A stretch of DNA of 48,501 nucleotides from Coniocarpon cinnabarinum (Eukaryota), in the NCBI GenBank assembly GCA_051942205.1, contig JAVECO010000068.1:62001-110501 (forward strand), written 5' to 3'. A program made the position numbers and the translations under genes. This document shows positions 11,179 through 23,356 of this stretch, piece after piece. Under the pieces are notes generated by a model, which was not told the DNA's origin, ran no database searches, and saw only the letters and a program-made list of their open reading frames with translations. Numbering within the stretch: position 1 is the stretch's first letter; every line of letters begins with the position of its first letter.

Positions 11179-11600
11179 AATAGACTAGTGATGTACGAGA
11201 TAGAGAGCGTTCTTGAATTAAGGACCGTTATTCATTAATGCATTCGTACTTTTCGACGCTTGAACTCTTCCGATATCAGCCACTTCTTGAGCGCCGTTGC
11301 TATGCTATCATGTCTCAAGATCAAAACATCCACACTAGAGAAACATCTCGCATTGCGTCTGCACCAGCAAGAACAAGTCTTCGCTGTTCAGGGCAAGACT
11401 CCCGGTGACCGAAGAGCACAGCCGGCTCTCCCCATTGCCCGTGTCATATCGACTCCAATGCCTCGCTCGCTATGTCCCAACCGTGACCTCCTCAACACCA
11501 TCAACGACAAACTCAACACCACCACCTCCTTCATTATACCCAACGATACCCACCATCACCTCATCACTATACCCATCCCCACCCCAATCACCTCCCCCAA

Positions 11601-12236
11601 TCAAGCAGCAAACAACCTCTTCTGACTATCCGACCCACAAGTCGGCACAACCCTCGTATAAGTCTCACTCGCATCCGTCGGCTGCGCAATGAGGGCTCCA
11701 CAATTCTGGGATCCCGTCACCGTGTCCACAGCCTCCACGCTGTTACACCCACTCTTACAACTGACAGTCGTGTAGCTCGTCTCGGGACTACTCGGCAGAT
11801 AACACGCGCCGTCACTGGCCGTGGGCAATGGCGCCTGCGCGATCGTGATTTGAGTCGCCGTACAGCCGGAGCCCGTGGGCGCACAGGCTGTTTCGGTGAC
11901 GGTGCTCGTGGTGGAAGCGGTGGAGGAGGTGTCGCAGGAGAGCGTGGAGGGAACGGCAGTGATCCATGCGCAGCCGTCGCAGGTGACGAATGTGGTGGTG
12001 GTTACGTAGCTTTTAGCGCGGACGCAAGTACCGCCTGCAGTGGGGGCGCTGAAGGGGTTGGAGAAGGTGGTGGTGCAGGTTTTGGTGGCGCCGGTGGCGG
12101 CACCTGTACTGGCGCCACCTGTTTGGCTGCCGTTGCTATCGCCGTTGGAGTCGTCGTCTTGGGCGTTGATGAGGGCGATGGGGAGGAGGAAGAGGGTTAG
12201 GATGGTGGGGAGGTTCTTGGGTGTGAAGGCGTGCAT
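11601..12236 (-). CDS. Secreted Thr/Cys-rich protein, 211 aa, with two tandem 6-Cys modules
   Basis: Signal peptide MHAFTPKNLPTILTLFLLPIALINA. The 12 Cys fall into two similarly spaced repeats. Confidence 0.82.
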   Translation of the reverse strand: MHAFTPKNLPTILTLFLLPIALINAQDDDSNGDSNGSQTGGASTGAATGATKTCTTTFSNPFSAPTAGGTCVRAKSYVTTTTFVTCDGCAWITAVPSTLSCDTSSTASTTSTVTETACAPTGSGCTATQITIAQAPLPTASDGACYLPSSPETSYTTVSCKSGCNSVEAVDTVTGSQNCGALIAQPTDASETYTRVVPTCGSDSQKRLFAA

Positions 12237-12937
12237 CGTTGAGTGTCTAGTGAGAGTGATTGGAGGTGTTGTCGTTGCTAAGTAGTGAATGCAAGTGGTT
12301 TGACGTGATGCTGGTCCGGAGCGAGTGTGTGTCGTTTGGAAGAGGAAGAAGTCCAGCCGTCATGTTGCTTGAATGATGCTCTTAAGTATACCTCTGTGCG
12401 CAGACGACAAGTTCACCGGCAACCTCGTGCCGTCATCGAGGGATCACGGTCAACGTAGCCAGACCATGAACCATCTCAACAGTCCGGTGCGGGTCGGTCC
12501 ATTGAACATGGTGGGACAGGGGCGCAAGTGGTAGAGGAATGTCCTCATGTTTCACGTCCATCAGCCTTGTGTCATGTCGCCCCATCAGAACGTGCCACGT
12601 TCACGGCAACACTCGCTGACTTCATCCATGGGCTTTGAGGAGTGGGATCGAACACTTTGCGTTTGATGTTTGTTTGAAGCATGTTTTGCGAGCTCGGCGT
12701 GGACAATTCTTGAGTCAGGCATGTCAACGGATCCGCAATGTCAGAGGCGAAATTGGACAGCTAGCACAACGCCAACGGGGGTCTCTGAGACTGTTGTGGG
12801 TTATAAAGCATACCATTGTAATTCAGTGAAACGATGAGTGATGTCGTTTACCTTGAGATGATCATCCGCGCAGTTGTTGTGTTGGGAAGCTTCAAACAAG
12901 TTCGGTTCACGCTGCAAGGACCGATAAGATCGACGGC

Positions 12938-14122
12938 TCATCTCTCGAGACGACATCCACTGGACCAGCCGTCACGCGCTTGATAGAATCCTCCGTCGAT
13001 CAGACCTTGCTCAACGCTCTTCCAGTACTGCACCCTCCCTTGCTCCGGCGTCTTGAGGTCAAAGTCACCAAGCTTGCCCTCCACAGAATCATTTGCGTTG
13101 ATCCGGAGGAACAGCGAGCAGTCCCGCAATGTCGTCGCCCTCAAGAAATCGTCCGGCACTGCGTGATCGTCGTCGAGTGTCAGAATGCCGTGGCGATCTA
13201 GATGAGTCTGCAGATCCCTCAGCTGGGTCAGTGCGCCAAAGTCGAAGATGAAATCTGTCAGGAGCTCGGTCAACTTGTCGACATCGTGCACACCGACCCC
13301 ACGCTTGGTCCGCTTCAGCAGCATCTGCGACGCTCGGTGAACGTCTGCGCGATGTCGACTCACCAGGTCAAGTGGGCAGTAGTCGATGGCTTGGTTGTTG
13401 CTTGATGTGTTTGCTTTCAGAACTGTCCTCTGCACTCTAAGCGCACACGTGCGACACCTACGGGCATTCTTCGGTGCTGTGGGACTCTGCGCCAGCCATT
13501 TCGGCTTCACCTCAAGGCCAAACCCCTGCGCCTGTGATGGGGACGACATGTCCTCCACCAACATGCCATAGCGTTCTCTATCGTCCAGATAACAGCCAAC
13601 CCGCATCTCAGCCCGCATTCCCTGCTTTTCGGCCAAGACGAGCTTGTCATTCAGGGGTTTGAGAAGCGCCTCAGGTGGCTCGACCAGTTGATGCTTCACT
13701 AACGCTGAGCTTGGCAGCAATGGCACAATGTTCAAGCTGAGGTTTCTGAACTGATCCTCAACGGGCGGCAGGTGCGGCAGTGCCTTCTTCAAACGAAGAA
13801 GCGGTGGTCGATCCCATCCTGGAAACACCAATCTCCTGGCCTCTTGCAGTGCTTCGGCGTCCAGTGACGGCGACGATGGTGGCGAAATCTCGGACGGCGG
13901 CGGTGTAGTACTGCTCTCGTTTTTTGGCACATCATGCAAATCTGCCTGTGTTGAAACGTCACCACCGTTGTCTTTAGTGAGCAAATGCCGATAGACCACG
14001 TTAGCTGCTCCCTAGTTTCTCAAGTTAGCACTCCGACACCCTTGCCGTCAGACATGTCTCACCTCTGCGAAATATGTGATTTGCGCTGTCTCTAGAAGTT
14101 TAGCAGCTTCTGTCTGAGACAT
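12938..14122 (-). CDS. IPK1: Inositol-pentakisphosphate 2-kinase, ~377 aa, 2 exons (14122-14063, 14011-12938)
   Basis: A 51-nt intron (GTGAGA..TAG) restores the YFAEGAANVVY Gly-loop. Further family motifs: LEVKPKWL, RCRTCA, YCPLDL, TLRDCS, DFDLK. Confidence 0.92.
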
Positions 14123-14415
14123 GATTCTATCAGCACAAGTACTTTCTGCAAACATCAGAACCTTGTTGATGTGGGAAGGAGTGCTCAGTCGTCGGATGCC
14201 CCGCATGAGAAGTGACTTCACAGCTCCGGTGTCAACCGATTGCTGCAGGTGTTTTCGGTGCAGGTGGCCTGTGTCGAAGAATTGACAGCAGCCTGCACAC
14301 AATCGACAAGGCATATCCTATGCTCTTGCACGACGCTCTTCTGCTCGGACGTCGCTACCAGACCTAGCATCGTGCACGTGAAAGATTCATGGGAGCCCGT
14401 CACACTTGGCGCGCT

Positions 14416-16126
14416 TCATCTGCCCTTCAGGGATCCTTCGTAGGTCTCCCAGAACCTTGCGCAGTCTTTATGACCCCAGTGTTCTACCCACCATTCACCG
14501 AATGAGTCTTGCACGTCATGATCAACCTTGACAATCCTCTCGTTCCGCTTCAGGCCACACAGCACGCACTGTTTAGGTGCCAGTACAGCCCCATCTTTCT
14601 CGGTCGCGATCCGCAAAGCATAGTCCTCTTTGATTTCTGGAACCGGCCCAAGGTCGCTCCTAGCTGCATTCACTGCAGATCGGAGCCGGCCGAGAATGCT
14701 GCGCCATGCCCGAACGGCGTCGGCCACGTCGCGTTCCTCTCTGGCGTTCTCCGCCCTGTCCAGTCCGGCCAGCTTCATCCCTCCGGACCGGCCTCCTGCA
14801 GAAGCTTGACTGATTCTCATTGATTGTGCCAGCCATGTATCACGCTTCCATCGAGTCTTTCGGCCTGCCACAATTCTCGCTAGGACGATGCTCAGGGCTA
14901 AAAGGTCACTCAGATATGCATGAACCTGTGTCTGTGCATACGCAGCTTGCTGAGCGCCGTCATCGCTGGAAACGTTCGAAAGCGGATCGAAAAAATGCAT
15001 CTTTGCAGTCTCGGCAACGGATGGAAATACCGAGAGAAGAATGGTCGGTGGGGGAACATTCGACTGAGGTGAAGAAGGAGTCTCACGCGTCAGTAATGGT
15101 TGGAGGCTGAATGCAGTGGTATTGCTTTCGTGCTGGACGTCATAGCCGTTGTTTGCGGTGCCCAAGCCGACAGTTGAGGATTCTCTGACACTTGTGGGCA
15201 CTGCGGCCGCTTCAAAGTCCTCCCACTCTGCTTCGTCGGGGTTTACGACGGCTGGCATGGACTTTGCGGTGTCGTTTTCATGGGTTACGGGTTTTGCAGG
15301 CGGATGAGTGGTCCGTTGCCCGAGTCCAGGCTTGGTCCGGTTGCGCTTCGGGGAGACCGCATCTCCCGTCAAAGCCCCTTGCACAGCTCCCCTTGGAACA
15401 GTATCGTTTGGTACATCATCAATGTCAATGAGGCTTGGCTGAGCGGCGACGCTCTCTTGCGCACGAGACACCAGCTTCCCTTTTGATGCTGAAATAGTCG
15501 CCTCTCTATGGAAACGTGTCAGGTCAGCGCTTTCGAGATTGTATGAGATAGTCCAGTGCGTGTGGACAAAGATGCAACTCTGCATCAAAACCAAGCACAC
15601 ATGTGCCGATTACAGAGCAGAGAGCTTCACGTTGAAGTCTCAAGCGAATGACGCAGTCCCCAACTGACCTTACGATGCGTGCTGTACACAGGACAGGCCA
15701 ACGAACTTACTCGCGTTCAAAGTCACCAAAGTCGTCGTCGTCCGAAGGTTCCTCGTCTTCGGCATCAAACAGGACGTTACTATCCCGCGGGGATTTGGGC
15801 TTTCTCACATTAACTCTGTCTATAGCTGGCCCCGACTGACTCGGCGAGTTCACAGGGTGGGGATGCGAAGGCTGTGCATTTCGTGTCACCATTGGCTGAG
15901 GCTGGGCAGTCTCAAAATCGCCAAATTCGTCTTCATCATCGGCGTGGAGACCGTCGGCGGTTCTTTGTGTGTTATTGAAGCCATCTATTCGTAAATTTTG
16001 CACGTCCTCAGCGAGACCAGCATCAGAGTTGAAGAGAGAAGTATCGCCAGCGCCGTCATTGGGCAATGCCGAAGACGCCGTTGGATTGTAGAAGTCATCC
16101 AGATCCTGAAGCAGATTGACGGACAT
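14416..16126 (-). CDS. Fungal protein, ~501 aa, with acidic FGDF/WEDF motifs and a C-terminal CxxC..H..C region, 2 exons (16126-15711, 15505-14416)
   Basis: A 205-nt intron (GTAAGT..GCTGAC..TAG) joins two ORFs in frame. Motifs: DEDEFGDFE, DDDDFGDFE, EAEWEDFE, and C-terminal CVLCGLKRNERI..DSFGEWWVEHWGHKDCARFW. Confidence 0.8.
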
Positions 16127-16473
16127 TGGCCACTTGCTGAAGCTGAACCCTACACGGCATTGGACAAGTGCGGGAGATTATGTGTAGGAATGCGGCTGTT
16201 CGTCTGAGAGCATGGTGTGTGGGTGCTTGTAGGTGGCAGGCTCCAGCCAACACCATTGGACGACGCTCCATTTGGGGCCACATAATAGGGGCTGAGCCCC
16301 AACACTAGGGATCCACACCCCCAGCCCTTCCCATTCTGATCCCCCGGACACCGCCAGCCTCACCAAGTCCTGGGCAGGGTGGCACTGGCCTGAACCATCA
16401 TCTTCTAAATGCAACGAACGAATGACTGAGGGGCCTCTCTCGTCGACTTCATCCCTTCACTCATGCTCATTCA

Positions 16474-18571
16474 TCATGACTTCGTCAAGTTTCCCCCATG
16501 ATCCGAGCTGCTGCCGCTCCGATTGCTCCGGGTGCTTTCAGCTTTGGCAGCAGACGTAACACCCCCTCCTCGACCAGACGCGACCATCGCCTTGACTTCG
16601 TCCTCCGGCAGTCGCGCCACTATGGCCGTGTTTTCTCGCTGCAAGCCCTCGACCTGCTTCCGCAACAGATCCGTCTCCCGCTCGGCGACTTGACATCGTC
16701 GCTTCCACTCCGTCACCTCCTGTTTCATCTTTTTCATCGCGTCCTTGTCCTCGGCCTTCTTCTGCCTAGAAGCTGTACGTTAACACAAAGCTTTCTCAGA
16801 GAACATTCTGAGGAAATAGCAAACCCACCTTGCCTCGTCCTTGCGCTCCTCCTTGATCCGCTGCTCGTCGATCTTGGCCAGCTGGCGCTGATATCGTTCC
16901 TCTCGTTTTTTCCGCTCCTTCTCCTGCTTGTCCAGGATCTTGTTTCGCTCCTTCTGCTCCTTATCCCCTACTTGTGCCGCTTTCTGCGCAAACGCTTCTC
17001 GGTCCTTGCGTGCGCGCTCGTCCAATGCTGCTCGTTTCTGTAGGAGCTTGTCGATCTCCTTAGACTGAACGCGTTCATGTGAGGCATGCCCCGCGGCCTG
17101 CGGATTTTGCAGCGACGTGCTTGAGTCGGTCCAAGTTCCAGAATCGTTGACGGCCCCCAGTGAGAAGCGCCTCTGCTCATGCAGCGCAGAACGAAAGGTG
17201 TTGTCGCTGCTATCGGAAATGTCACTGGACGAGTCGTCATCGCCGTGCTCGCCGTTTCTTAGTGATCCCGCCTGTTGTTGGAAGACAGGTAGATACCCAG
17301 ACATGCTGGACTCAACCGCGGTGGTGAATTTGGACACTAGACCGTCTTGTGCTTGCTCTGCTTGCTCCTCATGCTCGTCTGGTGGTCTCGGCGATGCTAC
17401 CTTCTCCGTCTGACCAAGGTCGGCGGTGAGCACCTGTGTCTCCTCTGCCTGATCTAGCTGCTTATTCTGTTGCTCGATGACGGCATCGATGCTCTGCTCG
17501 CGCCCATCTTCGTCGAAATCTGCTTCGCTCTTCCCCGTCGCCCAAGTGAGGAATTTGGACACGTCTCCCACGATACTAGCTGGCGTGCCCCGCTCCACCA
17601 TGAATCTCGGTATGCCACCGCCTGGGTCTGAGCGTGATATCATGATCCATTCTATCGGATTAGACTCAGGGTCAGGGTTGCCCTCAATGGGTATCTCGCG
17701 GATCATCTCAGTGGACTCATATTCCATTTTCACCAAATTGGGGCGGTTTGGTGCGTCGGTATGTGTGGTAGGGCGAGTGATTGCTAACCAGTGTCTTGGG
17801 ACTTGTGTCGATTCTTCTGGATTGCCGTCTACGTCACCTACTTGGGGCAGCTCGGAGAGGGCGTTGGAGGACGAGAAGAGAAGTATTAAACTCTCGCGCG
17901 GTGTGACTGGACCGGGAAAGGCGGAAGAGGTCTGCCAGACTGCGTGCAGTCAAGTAAGCGCATGCATATGTATGTTTGGCAATGCGTTCAGGCCACTGGT
18001 CGGACGCCGCGACGGCTCAAGGTGCTTCAGACTTACCTTCGATCTTGGAGTTGTGTGGGCCTGCGAGCTTCTCCAGCCTTCGGTCAGCTCCCACGCCTCG
18101 TACAGCCCCCGATCCAGGCCCCTCCTGCACCTTGAGGCTCTCTAAGAATTCGTGTTGGGCTGCCTTCTTCCATTTCTCAAAGCCAAGGCCTTGGTGAACG
18201 CTGCGCCTTGCAAACCATGCCCCATGTCTGTCATGAGCTGCCATTTTATACACCTGCACTGCGAGTGGATTCTCTTTCGCGCTCATCTTGTACGGCTTGC
18301 CCCACGCTTTGGCGGCGTCGCTATCTCGCCTGTACAGAGGGAGGGGGACACTGGTGGGGTCGCAATATGTTTCTTCAGCATTGTGAGCACTGTTCGTGGG
18401 ATGAGGTTCAAAGGATTTGGAAGTGTCCTGAGGCTGCACCGGTACTGAATTGAGAAGGGTCTCGGCGTGCGCGAACGATTGCTTGACAAATTGAGGAAAC
18501 TTGTCTTCTGGCGGAAGGTCTTCGAATGCAAAGGGGCTTAAGCTTGAGAGGGCGTCCTTCAGAGAAGCCAT
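16474..18571 (-). CDS. DUF3074-type START/SRPBCC-like protein with a C-terminal coiled coil, ~645 aa, 3 exons (18571-18037, 17939-16829, 16765-16474)
   Basis: Motifs WFARRSVH, AFPGPVTPRE, YESTEMIRE and IEWIMISRSDPGGGIPRFMVERGTP (START-like DPGG.IP). Introns 18036-17940 and 16828-16766 are canonical. The tail is K/E/R-rich. Confidence 0.85.
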
Positions 18572-18839
18572 TGGCGATGGGTGGTGATCATACGTGTGAC
18601 GCAGCAGCGCGTGTGCTTCTATTAGACTTGTTATGTGAGACAGCGCAAGCCAAGCGTCGTCTCTTGAATCACAGTGGCACGGCGGCAGCAGCCTGGGTGA
18701 TATGATCTCACTAACGACGGTCGGTGGTTTCGCAGCACACAGTTGCTCCGATCGAGCCGGAGTTCTGCCGCGGGCCGCTGCCGTCATGTGAAAGACTTAA
18801 CAAAGAAATATGAAGCGACACGAACGAGTCGGTGGTAGG

Positions 18840-19358
18840 ATGCACTTTTTTTTTGGTACATTTGCTACTTATATTCACGGTGCTGGCCTCGCCATTGGCA
18901 CCGGCATCAAGCCACTCTGATCCTGCAGAGCGTCTTCCAGGACTAGCCAGAGCCTGTGGTTCGATGAATCCCAGCTGCGCCAGCCCCATCCACGGAGAGG
19001 AAGCGAGAGCGTTTCCCCGACTCACCAAAGAGCTGGTGCGCATTGCAGTCTTGCTCCAATGCGACCATCCCGAATGACGACGCGCCTCAAGCGCCATGTC
19101 CACTCGGCGGGAGGACCTCAACGCTTCTCTCCACGGCGACTGGCGCAGACCACTATGTATTACCACTGCAGAACCTGCTGCAGGCCACCGTCTCTCATGT
19201 GTCCAGCTGACCGCTGCGGTCAGTATGAGCAGACCAGCGATGCCAGCCTCCCGGACTCTCGATCTCGCGATATCACGGTTGTGCTGGCAGCCGCGGCGAC
19301 AAGTATAGGTGCCGTGAGGCATTCGTCTGACCCAAAATATGCCCAGAATCCATGCTGA
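18840..19358 (+). pseudogene. Probable frameshifted relic of a small secreted Cys/Thr-rich protein
   Basis: Removing one T from T9 (18846-18854) gives MHFFLVHLLLIFTVLA/SPLAP. Cys-rich segments continue in shifted frames (WCALQSCSNAT..., TTMYYHCRTCCRPPSLMCPADRCG). Confidence 0.4.
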
Positions 19359-19697
19359 TGCTGTAGAGTTGCTCCGATAAAAGAAATGGTGCTTGCTTGC
19401 ACGTATGATGATAATGACGATAATGATGACCCCTGTGGAAAAACAAAGAGAAATAGTCAGACGACCGATGCCAAACGCGCTCGCTGAATCGACATTGCAA
19501 AAGACCCAAGCCTGGCTTTCTCATAGGGTACTGAGAAGCATTAGAGGCAGTCGTTTGCCGGTAGCTCGAACCCAGACTGTCCAATGAAGGAATCCTCACG
19601 CCGAAGTGGACGGCAAGAAGGTCCGGACGCTACCTAACGACGGTCTCCTCTGTGTGTATGAGTGTGGTATAGAAGAAGGCCGCTGCACCGAGCGTGG

Positions 19698-20789
19698 TCA
19701 TATCTGTATCGGATATTGCGCCGCCATGCTGCTGTTGCCAAATCCGCCTAATGTGTCAAATGCAAATTGGCTTGGACCACATGATTGTGAAATGAGCGTG
19801 CTTGGTAATGGTAGTGCAGGTATAGGTGCCATCGTTTGACCCGAGGAGAAAGTTTGAGTGGATGTCGTATACGACTGCCCGAAAGGCTGACCATATGTTG
19901 TGGTCGGAGAGGGGATGTGCGTGTCTTGAATGCCAGATGTTGACCAAGGTGAGTTGGACTCCGTGCCACTGGTGACAGTGGGGCTTGGAGTTGACCCGAG
20001 TACTCTCCATGGCTCCAAAGGCGTAGGAGTCATCTCCGGGCCAGCTGGTGATGCGGAAGACGCTGGTGGGGGAAGCGAGGGGCCCGGCTGCCACCAACTG
20101 CCCTGTCCTTCCACTTGCTGCACAGCACCGTACGGATGGACAACGTCTACAATCCTTGGCGGTGGAGGCATTAATGGCTGGAACAGATGGTTGATGGCAG
20201 TCTTCACCTCATCGCTACGACCTTCGAGAAGCTCGCCCGCGCCGTCGTCTTCCAGGCCTTCGAGCGCTCGAACATGCGTCCGGAAAACATAGCGGTTGAC
20301 GGACTGCACAAACTCGTCTTGGAGCTTCTTCAGCTGGACATCTTTCTCTGACCATTCCCATGTGCTGGCGGCCATATCGGCAGAATAGATCTCCCGATGA
20401 TACTCAATTAAAGCGTCGATGGACTCCTGCGTGAGCTTGTACGTAATCTCGTTTTGGGATACCATATCCACGTGGACCACATAACCCTCGATGTGGATGA
20501 GCTGGTAGTTGTAGATCGCCTCCACCAGCGGATTGGAGTCTTTCTTGAGCTCAGCGTCGGGTGCCTTGGGAACCATGAGGGAAGCCAGGGTCCAAATCGC
20601 AGAGGGGCCGGATAGAGTCTCCGTAAGACATCTATGGTGTTGATTGACGCTGTTCAGTGGACGCTTGACCCGGTTAATACGCTTCAGCGCATGTGTTAAC
20701 CAGGTCTCTACCCGAGTGCCAAGAACGATGGTCGGTCCCGAGCGAGGTGCAAAGGCCTGCGCGGAAGCAGGCAACAATGCGAGAGGCAT
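19698..20789 (-). CDS. Uncharacterised fungal protein, 363 aa, intronless; globular N-terminal ~210 aa plus a P/S/T/Q-rich tail
   Basis: Clean ATG-to-TGA ORF preceded by a pyrimidine-rich leader. The N-terminus (MPLALLPASAQAFAPR..ETWLT..LKRINRVKRPLNSV..IWTLASLM) resembles a family I recall as conserved in Pezizomycotina; not verified by search. Confidence 0.85.
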   Translation of the reverse strand: MPLALLPASAQAFAPRSGPTIVLGTRVETWLTHALKRINRVKRPLNSVNQHHRCLTETLSGPSAIWTLASLMVPKAPDAELKKDSNPLVEAIYNYQLIHIEGYVVHVDMVSQNEITYKLTQESIDALIEYHREIYSADMAASTWEWSEKDVQLKKLQDEFVQSVNRYVFRTHVRALEGLEDDGAGELLEGRSDEVKTAINHLFQPLMPPPPRIVDVVHPYGAVQQVEGQGSWWQPGPSLPPPASSASPAGPEMTPTPLEPWRVLGSTPSPTVTSGTESNSPWSTSGIQDTHIPSPTTTYGQPFGQSYTTSTQTFSSGQTMAPIPALPLPSTLISQSCGPSQFAFDTLGGFGNSSMAAQYPIQI

Positions 20790-23294
20790 GCCGTGTCGAA
20801 CTTTTGCAATGCAAAATCAGTGGAGGTCTGAAGGAGAGTATATAATGAAAGGAAGTGGCGCCGAGGAGTTGTCTCGTGGTCCTCGTCCCGATGAGGAAAG
20901 TATCGATTGAGGTGGTCGGTGCGGTAGAAGAGTATTATAGGTGGTCGGTTAGAAGAAGGCGGGATGAGGTAGGAGAGGGAACCGGAGGGAGATGTCGAGA
21001 GGTGAGGTGGAGGAGGGAGAGAGAGAAGAGAGAGCCGGTATGGAGGAATGGAGCAGAGGGATCTTTATGGGGGAATCGAATCGGTTTAGGAGTGGCAGTG
21101 TGGCGCGCGTCGAGCCCGTGCAGGCCTGCATATGCAGCTAAGGTGTTAGTTTTTCCGCAGCCACAAGTAGGGTCAACCTTGTTTCGGAGGTGCCTTTTTG
21201 CCATCGCATTGAGCATTGCGACCGTCACGCGTTGACGTCGGAGGACGCAGGACTGACTGCTCGAGCGTGGTGCGAGTGCTATTGCACCAAGAGCTCCAAT
21301 GCGTCTGGTTGCGAGATTGCTCGTTTGGGCATGCGCCACATGCCGATGGACTCTGAGAGCGGGGCTGGGCGAAGAGGAGCGGCACGACTTACCAGGAACC
21401 AGCTGAAAAAATATCCCACTTGCGTCAGCACGCGACAACAGCGCCAGAAGGCTGTTTCAAGGCTGACGAGGTCCAGCGCTACAGTATGCAGAGGACGCCA
21501 GAGCAGCGCAATGGGGTGAATAGTCGAGTCGCAAAGGCCTCGCAGCCGTGTATGTGTGTGTGTATGAGCGCGGATGAATGACACAAGACAATGGTAGCGA
21601 GGCGGTCCGAGTGCTATTTACATCTTGATCAAATGCCACAGGGATCACAAGGTGCAGAGGGACCCCGCCGAAGAGGCTGCATCGCTCTTGCGCTTCAATA
21701 GATGCAGGTCGTGCAGGCGTCTCGTCTGGGCCTAGCCTGCCTCTGCCCATCTGCATCGCAACGGAGCACCGCTGCAGCAGAGGGCAGAGGCAGGAGTAGG
21801 CGCGCTCGCGGCCGGCAGCCTGTCGTCATGGCCATCAGTGCCAGAGGGTGTGGCACATGCAGTCTCACCATGATGTTGCAAGACGCCAACGTGGGCGACG
21901 GAGCAGACTGCTGCATCCAGCAATGATGGCTCACGATGGCCTGCGGGCACCCCGGGCCCCAGACAGGCGACGTCAACGCAGCAGAGGGAGTGCCGAGTCG
22001 CCGGCGGGCGCTGGCCAAGGCTGGTCGCAGCTGGATCGCGCAAACGCAGCACGATGGAAGCAATACTGCCGTGCTGCGCGCAGCTAGGGCAGCAGACAGG
22101 AGTCGAGAGGAGGACGTCGATAGGTTGTGGGCACTTGGGGCTAGCGACTGGGGTCATTCTCGCCCGACGAATGACGTGGCCCATCGCTCCTCTTCCAAGT
22201 CACGCCCCCCTGTCCGCACACTCGTTTTGCGCAAAGAACGTCGCCGCCTTCAGCACCCTCTTGTCCCACTTGGGCGTGAGATTGGCGTCGGCGGTGGCCC
22301 TCTGCGCGATATCTGTCGTGCTCTGCTGCGAAGATGCAACCACCTGCACCAGCGTCGCCGTGGGTGCTGTCGACTGCATCATCGAGTCCCCCCTAAGAAC
22401 CAGGCACCTGTGGCAGTGCCGTGCCAGCAGACGCTAGAAGCTCGAGTGAAGGTTTCTGGAAGCCGGCGCATCGCCCCACATCCGCATCCACTACGGAGTA
22501 GGTCATCATTCTTCCGGATGTGCCTGTAGGTACACATGCGCTTTCATCAAACGCTGCATTGCCAGTCATGACTGTATGCGGGCCACGAAGTCATTGCATT
22601 GACACAACCATTTCTTTCACTGGACGAGAGTGCGAGCGTTCGCGGCAGGCTCCTCACGAGTAATCGCTATGACCCATGCATAGATAGCGTAGCAGCCGCA
22701 AGTGGCTATCGATAGAGCGGGGCGCGCACAGACTCGATGTTTCCTTGCATCAGTCTCACAAGCCTACGAGCCGGGAAGCATTCGCTCGAGGTCACACGAG
22801 GCGCCTGCGCGCGAGACGCCGAGGAAGCCATGGCAGGTGTTTCACGATCTGCGTACTGGTGTCGACGACAGAGGCCGGAACGAAAATCGCGCTCGTACAG
22901 GCAAGGAAAGCGTGGGACGGCATGCCAGTTCCGGTCACTCTTCAGCTGTCCTGGTCTTGAGATAAGTGGCATTGTACTCGGCGCTGGGTTAGGCACGAAG
23001 GGTGACACTGCTTTGTCGAGGCGGGGATGAGAGCACAGCCACAGATGATTCGCGCAAGTCAGCAGACCTCGTGCAAGGCCGCACCTGTCTCATGATGCGC
23101 TCGAGGAATGCTGGCACGACTGGCTCCTTGGTGAGATGGTCACAATGGTGGACACGCCGAGGGGCACGGAGATGGCGAGGGCATCTCTCGCCCGACTGAC
23201 TGCGGGCGGACAAAGGCGCGAGAGCTGGTATGCGGGTGGACGGGCGTGGGGGTTGGGGGGCTTCAGGTTTTGTCGCAGTGGTGTTTCAACAGTC

Positions 23295-23356
23295 GCAGCA
23301 GCAGCAGCAGCAGCTCCCACTCCCTGTGTCAGTGGACTCAGTGGACTCAGTGGACC
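23295..23356 (+). repeat. (GCA)6 microsatellite followed by a ~3-copy 9-mer tandem (CAGTGGACT)
   Basis: Read directly from the sequence; intergenic. Confidence 0.85.

Noticed and set aside
15506..15710. TPP riboswitch in a long intron
   Set aside because: Lacks the CUGAGA and ACCUGAU..GNUAAU..C.GCG.AGGGA core, and the host gene is not thiamine related.
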